63,601 bases of DNA, filler included, from Octopus bimaculoides (GCF_001194135.2; 6 parts of 6 records of this genome joined end to end with filler, not necessarily neighbours in it); one strand, 5' to 3'. Numbered from the whole stretch's first letter, positions 12,769-26,385 are shown. Notes: generated from the letters alone by a model not told the origin. Numbers and translations are program-made.

Positions 12769-13770
12769 GAGAGAGAGTAAATATGTGTATATGTATATAT
12801 GGAGAGAGATGTCCAGATATACATATATGCACAAATGTAGTTATGGTGGCATACACACATAGATGTATGTGCATACATTCACGGGAATATATCATATATA
12901 TGTCTATATGTATACAAATATATGTCAATGTGTATATAAGTATGTGTATGTATGTGTATGTGTGTGTATGTGTGTGCGATTATGTGGGCACAGTATGAGC
13001 AAAAGATTAAGAACTTTCTTTCGCAACCTAGTAGTCGCAGGTTCGAACCCATTGAATGGCATCTAATATAAATGTCGCATTTGATATTCACGCGGTGACG
13101 CATAATTTTTTGTTCAATAAATTAGGAAGTATAACTTTGAATAATGTAAATAGGCTGAAAGTATTTGCCCACTGGAAAGTATCTCCCACTGGAGAGAACG
13201 ACCAGGTCAAAATGCATCCTTTTTTCAATCTGAAATAATAGTTTTGGCCCTTCGGAGCTGACTGGCTGCGCATAAACTACCTCTTACTTAAGCTCTTGTG
13301 CTCCATTTACCTATTCTCTACTCATTATACTACTTGTATCGAACTCTCCAGTCCCCGCACAAATCACTATGTCCAATCGTTCCTCACGAAAACTTCAGCA
13401 CTCTCGAATTCACTCGTTGAGAGGACAAACTTAGCAGCATTACAGGACACCTGAGGAAATCAAAGCACATGGTCGTATGCTATTTATTTATTGGCCCCAA
13501 GCAACGACATACATAGATGAGAATCATGACGCACTTATGACGGTTATTGAGCCCGAAACATGTGTCCACGTCTATCTTCACTCACCTTCAGACTCACCTA
13601 TTTTCTTAAAGGCGTCAGACAGCCTTGTAGAAATCTTGAGTGGATAAGGTTACCGTTTCCTTCTAAAGTGAGTCCAGTTGAATTGCGATTTGGTAATTGT
13701 GGCATATTCTTTACAATAAATGGTAATTTTGCTAAATCAAGAATTGATGTTTTTATGGTATTTCCCATAC

Positions 13771-13824
13771 CTGTATTTGTCCATTTTGTTCAAATGCATA
13801 CCATTTCTCTTATCCTCAACCCAG
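13771..13824 (-). CDS. Candidate 54-nt internal exon (unassigned gene)
   Basis: Minus strand: cttctttttttctttttttttttgcAG|ctgggttgag...aaatacag|GTatgg; one frame is open (WVEDKRNGMHLNKMDKY); length is a multiple of 3. No homology recognised. Confidence 0.3.
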
Positions 13825-14797
13825 CTGCAAAAAAAAAAGAAAAAAAGAAGCAACAAAAACAACCTTCGAAAAAAATGTAGAGAAAGATATCAGGTGTAAA
13901 CCGACACACCGACATTGTTGCCTGGCAAGGCATACTTAAAGCAACAACAACAACAACAACAAAATCTATACAGAATACAAACAACAATGAAATTAATAAC
14001 TAACAATAACAACAAAATATTTGTTATTAATGCATATCATGATTGTATAGAGCTAAAATAAAATATTTTATTAGCAATGTATTACGAATATTATTTTAAG
14101 TTATCGTTCAACATGTTTTTCTTAATGTTATTGTTAATATTGTTGTTTATGTAATTGTTTTTGTTATTTAGCTCCTTCTCAATATTTTGCGAGCGGTTCT
14201 GTGATCAAAGATATCACACATGTGACTATCCATTTTTTTTATCATGATATTTTTTTTTTTACGAACGTTCAGAGCATCCATATCCATGTTTTCCAAGTCC
14301 TTTTATCATATAAGAAGTGCAGCAACGATTTGGAGGGGATTTAGCTGCTAATTCTACCAGGTCAAACGATGAAATAAAGACTTCATTCATTGGCTTCGAA
14401 TAACCTCATGAAAAATAAACAAAGGCTTACACAGATAACAGGTACACATCGAACTCAGCCCAAAAAATATCTGCGTTCAATTTTTCTCATACATCATATT
14501 GTTAAATATGAAACATCGAATCTAAGCAACATCAAACACAATGATTTAAAGGTTGCCAAACGCAGTATCCTTTCAGAAACAAAAGAGAATAAAAGAGAAA
14601 AGTTGAGTAACGAAAACAAAACTACTAAACTCTTTTCTTTGATTTTGTACGTTATACGTTACACGTAGCTGTTTGATGATGGAAGTGTTTGTAAGGCCTA
14701 AGAGAGGAAATCTAAAAGCGGTAAAACTAATACGTATATACACACACATACATACACTCACACACGCACACACTAACGCATATGTATGTATGTATGT

Positions 14798-14829
<32 letters not shown>

Positions 14830-15052
14830 NNNNNNNNNNGTGTGTATACACACACACACACACACATGCACATATATATATATATATATGTATACACACA
14901 CACGCCCATATATATATATATATACATATATACATATATACATATATACACATATATACACATATATACATATATATATACATATATCTATATATCTATA
15001 CATACATATATCTATACATACATGTATATGTGTATGTATATATAGATCTATA

Positions 15053-15113
<61 letters not shown>

Positions 15114-15170
15114 TACATATATACATATTTATACACATATATACACATATATACACATATATACACATAT

Positions 15171-15213
<43 letters not shown>

Positions 15214-15263
15214 TCTATATATATATACATACATGTATATGTGTATGTATATATAGATCTATA

Positions 15264-15348
<85 letters not shown>

Positions 15349-15648
15349 TACTTCAATGTAACTACACGAAACGATACAATTTGCTTATTTTTCGTTTCTC
15401 ATCTTCCTAGTATTAACTTTCATCTTGATACGCAATAATGGATTACATTCAAAGCATCTTAACAAAAGAATTAATAACAATTCGTTTTTCTTCTTCTTCT
15501 TCTTCATATTATAATTATAACTTGTCTTAAAGTGCTGGCGCTTCATATTAGTAATTGTTGTTGTTGTTGTTGATGTTATTTACACGTCTTCTGATCTTAC
15601 ACGTTTCCGAACTTCTTGGGAACTATGAAGAGATTCTAAGACTGAAAT

Positions 15649-15692
<44 letters not shown>

Positions 15693-15764
15693 CACATTCG
15701 TATGCACAAGCACACATTCTTACACACACGTACGCACACACATGTGTAAATATACACATGTATA

Positions 15765-15955
15765 TGTAGGCGCATATATATGATTGCTTCCCATCGACAC
15801 GGTTCTAGGTTCAGTCCCACTGTGTAGCACATTAATGGGCAGTCTGTTATACTTTTGTCCTGAGCTGACCCAGACAATGTACATGATAACACTTCCAATC
15901 AGTTAAGATCAGAGGCCATGAGAGCCAGTACCTGGTAGTGCATCAGGGCATATAA
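15765..15955 (+). mobile_element. SINE with family A-type head and a different tail ending in (TAA)n
   Basis: ttgcttcccatcgacacggttctaggttcagtcccactg head, then acacttccaatcagttaagatcagaggccatgagagcc...gcatcagggca and (TAA)n 15957-16094. Confidence 0.6.
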
Positions 15956-15956
15956 C

Positions 15957-16000
<44 letters not shown>

Positions 16001-16020
16001 TAATAATAATAATAATAATA

Positions 16021-16094
<74 letters not shown>

Positions 16095-16194
16095 NNNNNN
16101 NNNNNNNNNNNNNNNNNNNNNNNNNNNNNNNNNNNNNNTTAATTAATTAANNNNNNNNNNNNNNNNNNNNNNNNNNNNNNNNNNNNNNNNNNNN
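16095..16194. other. Artificial scaffolding linker 44N-TTAATTAATTAA-44N (also 35294-35393, 46172-46271, 59014-59113, 61648-61747)
   Basis: Identical 12-mer with stops in all six frames, centred in exactly 100 bp, five times. Confidence 0.95.
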
Positions 16195-16226
<32 letters not shown>

Positions 16227-16420
16227 GTTAAAAATTGAAAATAAAGTTGGGAAAGATGCAAAGGTATATTCTAGAGAATGTTTAATGTTGTTGTTACAGT
16301 GAGCGATTTAAAATATAACCGGTTTTGATGTATATTTTAAATCACTCACTGTAACAAAAATATCAAACATTCTTTAAAATATACTTTTGTACCTTTCCCA
16401 ACTTTATTTACTTTTTTAAC
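16227..16420. repeat. Foldback palindrome, ~91-bp arms, 13-nt loop (MITE-like)
   Basis: 16227-16317 pairs with 16331-16420; mismatches are mostly transitions. Confidence 0.9.
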
Positions 16421-16461
16421 CATAATTTTTGTTTTGTATAGACTTTTAATCCCTTTTCAAC

Positions 16462-16503
<42 letters not shown>

Positions 16504-17155
16504 ACACTCATATACACACAAACACACACTCATATACACATTCCACAATAAACTCTGGGACCAATAAAAACGGCACACACACACACACACACACACGGAC
16601 ACAAACACACATATATACACACACACATAGAGATGTGCACAAAACCAGTCCCAAAAACCAGTGAACCACGACAGACCAGGTCACAGACCAACCAAAAATA
16701 GATTAAAAAATCCCTTTTAGCCAGTCATACTGTCTCTTAAGACAGCAAAACATTCCCTCAATACACACAAGAGAAAAAAGCCAGGTCAGTTCCTCCTCAA
16801 CCTTTTTCGATTATCAAAAAATATGTATATGTACTTTTCCATATATGTATTTTCATACACTGTTTTTAACATTTTCATCTTATTATCAGAGAATGTGTGA
16901 TAATCAGTATGTAACACTACAAAGTTCATACAAAGCTTTATACTTTAAATATATTTTATCATCAAAGAATGTATATATGCATTTTTATACTTAAACTGTT
17001 TTTTAACATTTTTTATTATTCTCAAAGACTTTTGATAATCTTTTTCTAAAAAAGTGAAACCGGTTAAGTAAATAAATATTTTTAAAATAAGTGCATTTTC
17101 AAACCTTCTTTCATATATATTTCCACTCGTACGGTATTCCACAACTTTACTTTAT

Positions 17156-17189
<34 letters not shown>

Positions 17190-17374
17190 ATACAGGGTAT
17201 CTAAGAGATACCGCCACGCTGAAAAATAGCAGTCAAATCCTGACTCTAAAACCACAATAAATGTCCACATGCTGGCCACTTGATAAAATCAATATTTTAA
17301 ATATCGATCTTATCCTTATTTATAGAAATATATATATATATATGTACACATGCGCACACACACATATATACAGT

Positions 17375-17790
17375 AAGTTTTTTTCAGTTTCCATCTATCA
17401 AATCCACTCTCAAGGCTTTGGTCAGCCTGAGGCCATAGTAAAGTAGACTTATTCTAGGTTCCATGCAGATGGACAGAACCTGAAACCAAGTGTTTGGAAG
17501 TAAAGCCCAATACTTAATTTTTACTTCTTAGCCTGGTGCTTATTTCATCAGTCTCCTGTGCTGAACTGCTATGTTACAGACACATAAGCAAACCAACACC
17601 AGTAGTCAAGTAGTGGTGGGGGACAAAAACACAAATGAAAAGACACACTCATATATATATGTATACATATATATGACAGGATTCTTTCAGTTTCCATCTT
17701 CTAAACCCATTCACAAAGCCTTGGTTGGCCCAGAGCTATAGTAGAAAACACTTACCAAGGCACTATGCTATAGAACTGAACCTGATATAT
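17375..17790 (-). mobile_element. Two adjacent degenerate SINE family A copies
   Basis: tttcagtttccatct...caaggctttggtcagcc motifs at ~17385 and ~17685; the second head is cut by the 42-bp array. Confidence 0.75.
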
Positions 17791-18060
17791 TCCTTTCAAA
17801 CATTGGATCTCATGGAGGCAAAGTGGCTGAATTCCTTTCGAGTGTTGGGCCTCATGCAGGTGAAGTGGCTGAATTCCTTTTGAGCGGGCTACACAGAGGC
17901 AAGGTGGCTGAGTTCCTTTCGAGTGTTGGACCCCATGGAGGCAAAGTGGCCAAGTTCCTGGGCTGCATGGAGGCAAAGTGGCTGAGCTCCTTTCCAGCAT
18001 TGGGTTTCACGGAGGCGAGATGGCTGAGTTCTTTTGAGCGTTGGACCTCATGAAGGGAAA
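17791..18060 (+). repeat. ~42-bp minisatellite, six units plus partials
   Basis: Consensus atggaggcaaagtggctgagttcctttcgagtgttgggcctc; units start at 17812, 17854, 17893, 17935, 17967 and 18009. Confidence 0.9.
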
Positions 18061-18200
18061 GAGGCCAAGCTCCAGTGGCACGTAAAAGCACCCATTATAC
18101 TCTCGGAGTGGTTCGCATTTAGAAGGGCATCAAGCCATAGGAAACCATGCCAAATCAAACACTAAAGGATGATGATGATGAGGATGATGATGATGATGAT
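18060..18200 (+). mobile_element. RTE-type 3' tail ending in (GAT)n
   Basis: gtggcacgtaaaagcacc...agaagggcatcaagccataggaaaccatgccaaatc then (gat)n; same tail at 27830-28130, 30815-30930 and 59250-59452. Confidence 0.7.
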
Positions 18201-18293
18201 GATATATATATATATATATATATATACATAATATAAATAATGTAGATATATGCACATATATATATGTACATACATACACATCTATATATGCAA

Positions 18294-18979
18294 ATATGGG
18301 TACAGGACGTCATGTTGGCACTCTGTCACTTATGACGTCGAGGGTTCCAGTTGATCTGATCAATGGAACACCCTGTTCGTGAAATTAACGTGCAAGTGGC
18401 TGAGCACTCCACAGACACGTGTACCCTTAACGTAGTTCTCGGGGATATTCAGCGTGACACAGTGTGACAAGGCTGAACCTTTGAACTACAGGCGCAGCAG
18501 AAACAGGAAGTAAGAGAAAGTTGTCGTGAAAGAGTAAAGCAGGGTTCGCCACCATCCCCTGCTGGAGCATTGTGGAGCTTTAGGTGTTTTCGCTCAATAA
18601 ACACTCACAACGCCCAGTCTAGGAATCGAAACCGCGATCCTATGAATGGTAGTCCACTGCCCTAACCACTGGGCCATTGCGCCTCCACACAGGACGTCAT
18701 AAACCGTAAGCAACATGAAATACGATAACAAAAGAGTTGAATACATAAATAACAAGAGAAACAAATGGAAACAGGACAAGTAACATAAAGAACGACCCTT
18801 CATCAGGTGTCGGCTGTCTGCTCGAAATGAAGAGTAGATGGACAGCCAACAACTGATGAAGAGTCGTTCTTTATGTTACTTGTCCTGTTTTCCATTTGTT
18901 TCTCTCATTGTTTATATATTCAACTCCTTTGTTTTCATATTTCATGTTCTTTATGATTTGTGATGTCCTGTACCCATAT
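18294..18979. repeat. Foldback element (arms ~140 bp, 22-nt loop) with a SINE inserted in its left arm
   Basis: 18294-18313 plus 18701-18818 pairs with 18841-18979. Confidence 0.85.
18314..18688 (-). mobile_element. SINE family C, full length, 12-bp target-site duplication
   Basis: Head gtggaggcgcaatggcccagtggttagggc...ggtttcgattcc; TSD ACAGGACGTCAT at 18302-18313 and 18689-18700. Confidence 0.92.
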
Positions 18980-19190
18980 ATGCATATATGTATATGTGTA
19001 GGTATGTACATATACATATATATATGCACATATTTTACATACATATAAGAGGGATGACTACTGAGTGGACATCCATAATATAATTTTTCTGAATCTTCAG
19101 ATTTTTTCAATATGCTAGGCCACTGGTTTAAATTGATATTAACCAAATTAGTATTCAATTCTTTACCCTTATTATCTAAATTTATATGCA

Positions 19191-19232
<42 letters not shown>

Positions 19233-20243
19233 NNNNNNNNNNNNNNNNNNNNNNNNNNNNNNNNNNNNNNNNNNNNNNNNNNNNNNNNNNNNNNNNNNNN
19301 NNNNNNNNNNNNNNNNNNNNNNNNNNNNNNNNAAGAGGTTTGTCTGAAGAATATTATATGTACATTCATGCGTTTATACACACATGCACCTACCACAAAC
19401 GCACATATGTATGTACGTACGTACGTATGTATGTATGTATGTATATTACGTATATACGGAAAGTGAACGCACAAAAGCATACACGCACACATGTCTGTAG
19501 ATATACGCTTTAATGTTTTCAGTTGACAAACGTGTCTCAAGGACTGAGAGTTTCGTGCATATCACTTAATGAACATCAAGAGTTTGATAAATGCTACACA
19601 CAAAATTCTTTCTCTCTCTCCTCCCTCTCTCCCTCTCAGTTCGTCTATCTGTTTGCTTGTGTGTATGTGTGTCTGTGTGTGCTTGTGTATTTGTCTTTGT
19701 CTTAGTGGATACATAGTCATATACATTATTCATATCGATGAATATGTGTGTGTTTGAAGAGAAAGCATGCACGAGGGTTTGAAAATATATATCCACACAC
19801 ATACTTACCCACATGTTTGTATACACACACGGCTATACAAACATATACACATGCGTATATATACACACATATATGCATGCATATATAAAGACTCTCAAAC
19901 ATACACGCAAGCACTCACACACATACACACATACACACATACACACATACACATTCGTACGCATATACATAGATGTGTGTCCGTGTTTTGGTTGAGGGTG
20001 TGTAATTATATGTGTCAATGTACTTCGAAAGTGTTTATATATATATCAATGTTTGTATGCACAAGTGTGTGCTTGCGAGTGTTTGTATGTGTGAGCGTGT
20101 GTGTGTGAGCGTGTGTGTGTGAGCGTGTGTGTGTGTGTGTGTGTATATATGCACATGTACATGTTTATATGCACATGTACATGTATATATACTGAAAACT
20201 AATACAATTCATTATCGAAAGTAGAGTATATATAGCTGTAAAA

Positions 20244-20436
20244 TCAGTAGCACATCCGCCTACATGTTGTGTTATCCGTGAGTCCATCAGCAGCATTGTC
20301 CCTGGCTACAGTACCACCACCACCACCTCCACTATTACTACTACTACCACCATTGCTGCTGCTGCAACTGTTGCTGGTGCTGCAACCATCACTACGCCTG
20401 CCAATACTGGAATAGTGGATAGTGCATTCCTCTCTT
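20244..20436 (-). CDS. Candidate Ser/Gly-rich exon (unassigned)
   Basis: Long pyrimidine tract and tttgcAG acceptor at 20437-20440, then open frame REECTIHYSSIGRRSDGCSTSNSCSSSNGGSSSNSGGGGGGTVARDNAADGLTDNTTCRRMCY*. No strong donor seen. Confidence 0.25.
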
Positions 20437-20863
20437 CTGCAAACCGAATAATTGAGAGAGAAAGAGGGAGAGAGAGAGAGGATATTGAGAACAATAGGAT
20501 CAAGGTGAACTGGGAGAGACACAACAGAAAATTGTGGCGAAAAACTACCCGAAAGAGGAAAATATAAACAAGGAAAGCAATCTTAAGCAAGGTAGGAAGC
20601 TGACCATCTTTCTTTTGTTATTTTAAAGAAAGAAAAAAGTAAAGGAGAAATGATTTAAAAGAGAAAAATCTAAATAAGTGCAAAAGAGTATGAGAGAAGA
20701 AGAGAGATAGAGAGAAAAAAAGGAGAGAAAGAAAAAGAAAGTGTAAAGGAGAAAAAAATGTGAAAAAAAAAAGAAAGAGAGAAGGAAGAAGTAAGAGTTG
20801 AGAGCTCTGAATGAGAGAAAAAGTGAGAGAGTGGGGGGATTATAAGAAAGATGAAAAGTGAAA

Positions 20864-20921
<58 letters not shown>

Positions 20922-21658
20922 NNNNNNNNNNNNNNNNNNNNNNNNNNNNNNNNNNNNNNNNNNNNNNNNNNNNNNNNNNNNNNNNNNNNNNNNNNNNNNN
21001 NNNNNNNNNNNNNNNNNNNNNNNNNNNNNNNNNNNNNNNNNNNNNNNNNNNNNNNNNNNNNNNNNNNNNNNNNNNNNNNNNNNNNNNNNNNNNNNNNNNN
21101 NNNNNNNNNNNNNNNNNNNNNNNNNNNNNNNNNNNNNNNNNNNNNNNNNNNNNNNNNNNNNNNNNNNNNNNNNNNNNNNNNNNNNNNNNNNNNNNNNNNN
21201 NNNNNNNNNNNNNNNNNNNNNNNNNNNNNNNNNNNNNNNNNNNNNNNNNNNNNNNNNNNNNNNNNNNNNNNNNNNNNNNNNNNNNNNNNNNNNNNNNNNN
21301 NNNNNNNNNNNNNNNNNNNNNNNNNNNNNNNNNNNNNNNNNNNNNNNNNNNNNNNNNNNNNNNNNNNNNNNNNNNNNNNNNNNNNNNNNNNNNNNNNNNN
21401 NNNNNNNNNNNNNNNNNNNNNNNNNNNNNNNNNNNNNNNNNNNNNNNNNNNNNNNNNNNNNNNNNNNNNNNNNNNNNNNNNNNNNNNNNNNNNNNNNNNN
21501 NNNNNNNNNNNNNNNNNNNNNNNNNNNNNNNNNNNNNNNNNNNNNNNNNNNNNNNNNNNNNNNNNNNNNNNNNNNNNNNNNNNNNNNNNNNNNNNNNNNN
21601 NNNNNNNNNNNNATACATACATACACACATACATACATACATACATATATTCACACGC

Positions 21659-21691
<33 letters not shown>

Positions 21692-21969
21692 TCGACACAT
21701 ATACACACACATACATACCGTTTTACATATATGCATATATACATATATGGAGAAATCTCACGATGCATATATATTTACGTATGTAAATACATATATGTAT
21801 ATAACAAGGACATAACTCTTGAAGCATAGATGTGTATGTGTTTGTGTGTGTGTGTGTTTGTGCACGTGTGTGTGCGTGCGCGCATGTGTGTATATATATG
21901 TATATTCTTTATTTGCTTGGTTACATTGTAAAGTGAATTTGTCTACATGCTAGTCAATATATATTTCAA

Positions 21970-22097
21970 ATATACACCTATCAATGCTTATATAAGCATA
22001 TACAAATTCATATATACACCTATGTACGTTTATATAAAGATATACAAATTCATATATACACCTGTCTATGCTTATGTAAGCATATATAAATGCATAT
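21970..22097. repeat. 42-bp tandem repeat x3
   Basis: Units at 21970, 22012 and 22054; unit 1 contains the palindrome atgcttatataagcat. Confidence 0.85.
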
Positions 22098-22285
22098 GAG
22101 TGTGTGTATGCTGTATCTAATATTGCATGTAAATGTGAACACATACATGCCGTAAATTCTACATAATAAAATTAACAGGAATCTGAAAGAAAGAAGATAT
22201 ACAGCTTATATTTCATTCAAATGTCAATGGTATCAAAACTTTTGCAGTGACATTGGTATATATTTATATGTATGTATGTGTGTGC

Positions 22286-22325
<40 letters not shown>

Positions 22326-23677
22326 NNNNNNNNNNNNNNNNNNNNNNNNNNNNNNNNNNNNNNNNNNNNNNNNNNNNNNNNNNNNNNNNNNNNNNNNNNN
22401 NNNNNNNNNNNNNNNNNNNNNNNNNNNNNNNNNNNNNNNNNNNNNNNNNNNNNNNNNNNNNNNNNNNNNNNNNNNNNNNNNNNNNNNNNNNNNNNNNNNN
22501 NNNNNNNNNNNNNNNNNNNNNNNNNNNNNNNNNNNNNNNNNNNNNNNNNNNNNNNNNNNNNNNNNNNNNNNNNNNNNNNNNNNNNNNNNNNNNNNNNNNN
22601 NNNNNNNNNNNNNNNNNNNNNNNNNNNNNNNNNNNNNNNNNNNNNNNNNNNNNNNNNNNNNNNNNNNNNNNNNNNNNNNNNNNNNNNNNNNNNNNNNNNN
22701 NNNNNNNNNNNNNNNNNNNNNNNNNNNNNNNNNNNNNNNNNNNNNNNNNNNNNNNNNNNNNNNNNNNNNNNNNNNNNNNNNNNNNNNNNNNNNNNNNNNN
22801 NNNNNNNNNNNNNNNNNNNNNNNNNNNNNNNNNNNNNNNNNNNNNNNNNNNNNNNNNNNNNNNNNNNNNNNNNNNNNNNNNNNNNNNNNNNNNNNNNNNN
22901 NNNNNNNNNNNNNNNNNNNNNNNNNNNNNNNNNNNNNNNNNNNNNNNNNNNNNNNNNNNNNNNNNNNNNNNNNNNNNNNNNNNNNNNNNNNNNNNNNNNN
23001 NNNNNNNNNNNNNNNNNNNNNNNNNNNNNNNNNNNNNNNNNNNNNNNNNNNNNNNNNNNNNNNNNNNNNNNNNNNNNNNNNNNNNNNNNNNNNNNNNNNA
23101 TATATATATATATATATATAAACATATACATACATAAATGCATGTCTGTGTGTGAGTATGTATGTATGGTTTTGCTTATGAATATATCCACACAGGTAGA
23201 CATTTCTGCATAACTGTCTTTCTGTGCACATGATCAAACATTAGCATTTTTGTGTTACACTTTAAACAGAATTTAATGATACACTCAGATTGAAAAAAAT
23301 AATTTACTAGAAGGGCTAAAAATAGCACAGGAATATGGAATAGATATATCATTATAATATATTTTTGTATGTATGTAAATGTGTATGTACTTGAGGAGGT
23401 GTATATATATTGGTGAATATGTGGGTGGGTATTAAATATATATAAATTATTGTTGATCTGTTAAAATATTCTTGGATAACTTACAAAATATTCTGAAGGT
23501 AAGTGTACTGGACCATACATACGTACATACATACATACATACATACATTCTGTGCTGTACCTGTATAGATACATACATTCATACATACATATGTGCACGT
23601 ACATATATGCTTATGTGTGTGCACATCTTTATGCCTGGATGTCCTTTTGTATTTGTGAATATATATACATACGCACA

Positions 23678-23732
<55 letters not shown>

Positions 23733-24265
23733 TATGTATGTGTGTATATATAGAGAGATTAATAGATAGATAGATAGATAGATAAATAGACAGACAGACA
23801 GACAAACAGACAGATAGATAAATAGATAGGTAGACAGAGATATACATACACACACATATATATGTATATATTTGCGCGTATGAGTTTATGGTTTACATGT
23901 ATGTGTGTTCATGTATATATCTAAACATGCATGTGTAAGGAGACATTGCATTTACTGGATTGTGAGACTTCTCATGTCTTTTTAATACATACATGTATAC
24001 ATATATATATATTTATGCACAAAGGCACTCACACATGTTTGCACACATATACATGCATGTCCAGTCGATGAATACATACCTACACTTTCAGTCAGATATA
24101 TATTCAATTTAAGTCTATTTATAGTAAACAGAGAAAAAAAATAGAATTAATTAGGCTCTGAAAGTATTTTTAGTGAAACAATCTTTATAATTCGTAAAAT
24201 AGATTTATTATACAATCCAGAATTTCATCTACAATTGTCTTACTATAATATTTTTTGGAAATCAG

Positions 24266-24340
<75 letters not shown>

Positions 24341-25506
24341 AAATCTATCTATCTGTCTTTATTTATCAGTCTATATCATATATAGGTATAGAATATATAT
24401 TTAATTATATATATATATATATATATNNNNNNNNNNNNNNNNNNNNNNNNNNNNNNNNNNNNNNNNNNNNNNNNNNNNNNNNNNNNNNNNNNNNNNNNNN
24501 NNNNNNNNNNNNNNNNNNNNNNNNNNNNNNNNNNNNNNNNNNNNNNNNNNNNNNNNNNNNNNNNNNNNNNNNNNNNNNNNNNNNNNNNNNNNNNNNNNNN
24601 NNNNNNNNNNNNNNNNNNNNNNNNNNNNNNNNNNNNNNNNNNNNNNNNNNNNNNNNNNNNNNNNNNNNNNNNNNNNNNNNNNNNNNNNNNNNNNNNNNNN
24701 NNNNNNNNNNNNNNNNNNNNNNNNNNNNNNNNNNNNNNNNNNNNNNNNNNNNNNNNNNNNNNNNNNNNNNNNNNNNNNNNNNNNNNNNNNNNNNNNNNNN
24801 NNNNNNNNNNNNNNNNNNNNNNNNNNNNNNNNNNNNNNNATATATACACACACACATATATGTGTTTGTTGTGTGTTTGTATATATATACATATATATAC
24901 ATACAAATATATATATATATAAAACTATCTATCTATCTATCTATAATCTACACACACACACACACACACACATATATGATATGTATATGCATTTAATATG
25001 TATATAAATATATAAGTATGTCTGTGTAGGTGTAAATGTATATATATATGAGTGGGTGTCTTTAGGAGAAAAGAGAATTTCAGAGAATAAATAACATGTT
25101 TAAAAACTAATTATATATGCTGTATTCTTTCTGAAATCATAATACTGAGACATTCAATAAAGATTTCATATATTACTAAAATTTGTAAAATGGAATTATT
25201 AGAAGAATATTTTTCCTGTGAGTGGTAGGATTTCAGTGTTATCCAGAGATTTCTACATCACATGGTAATGAAGATATGTTTATATAGGTGTACCTGTAGG
25301 AACACATTTTTATTGGATACACTAGCAGCCTGGTCACTTTGTATAAGAGATAGATAGTTGAAGGTCATTTCTGCTTGCTCAAGTGTCATTCATGTGTACA
25401 GACGTTATATATGCAAACACAGACGCCTGTACGTTATCAGACACACAAGCATGTATGTATATATCTACATCTGTCCGAAAGGCATAAATAAATGTGCAAC
25501 TATCTA

Positions 25507-25561
<55 letters not shown>

Positions 25562-26385
25562 CATCTCTCTCTCTATATCTATATCTATATCTATATATCT
25601 CTCTCTCTCTATATATATATATACATTAAATAGATAGATAGATAGATAGATGCACAGTTATTTATGCATTTATTGATGAATATTTATAGATTAATATGCA
25701 AACATTTATTTGATGCCACACATAAAGAGAGAAATTATACTCCCACACAAAAACGATAAAAAAAGAGGGGGTGGAATAACCCTCGTGCTACTAAGACTAC
25801 TTGTAATTTTTCAATTTTTATATCATCTTTTCTTCAAATTTCTATACTCACATGAATTATATTCATATAACTCATGCTAGTATATATAGCATTTGTAGTT
25901 ACATACTTATATATAACATATATAGTTATATAGTTCAATATAATATATATCGTTATATATTTATATACAATACATAATCCATGCATTTGCAAAAATTGCT
26001 AAAAGTCATGTGATTTATTTTTTCAAAGGATTATTCTTCTTAATTATAAACCCTTATTTACGAAACCAAAATAGCCTATTTTTCCCTCCTGTTCTGTTTC
26101 CTTTGTAAAACTTGTCAAAGGCCATGGCCAATCACTTAATTCTCACTTGTTCCATCCATTCAACTGTAAACGTGTACTATAAATAAGTACATTTTGCCAC
26201 ACTAAGAAGCAGGAATGCATCTTACAATGCTTCTTATAATATATTTCAAGTCATGTTATTGAAATAGTGATAAGCTACACAGGTATCCAATCTCAGACCA
26301 AAGTCTGTAGCCATCTTAGCTGGCCTTGCCATTGAAGCTGTATCTTCATTTTGTTTCTGCTTGTATACATACGTGCATACATCCT

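Noticed and set aside
16139-16150. TTAATTAATTAA as a recurrent regulatory motif
   Set aside because: Always centred in exactly 44+44 Ns; an assembly linker.
16700-17150. hAT transposase relic (also 7380-7500, 'W.RGK...KAFL')
   Set aside because: Only a few scattered residues match in AT-rich, stop-ridden frames; a profile search would be needed.
17791-18060. CRISPR-like array (also considered for 49715-50973)
   Set aside because: Eukaryotic context, degenerate tandem units without unique spacers, no cas genes.
18819-18862. Permuted (type II) hammerhead from TCGAAA...CTGATGAAG (also 51850-51895 minus)
   Set aside because: Core words are present but I could not form a credible stem I; kept only as a PLE-like terminal signature.
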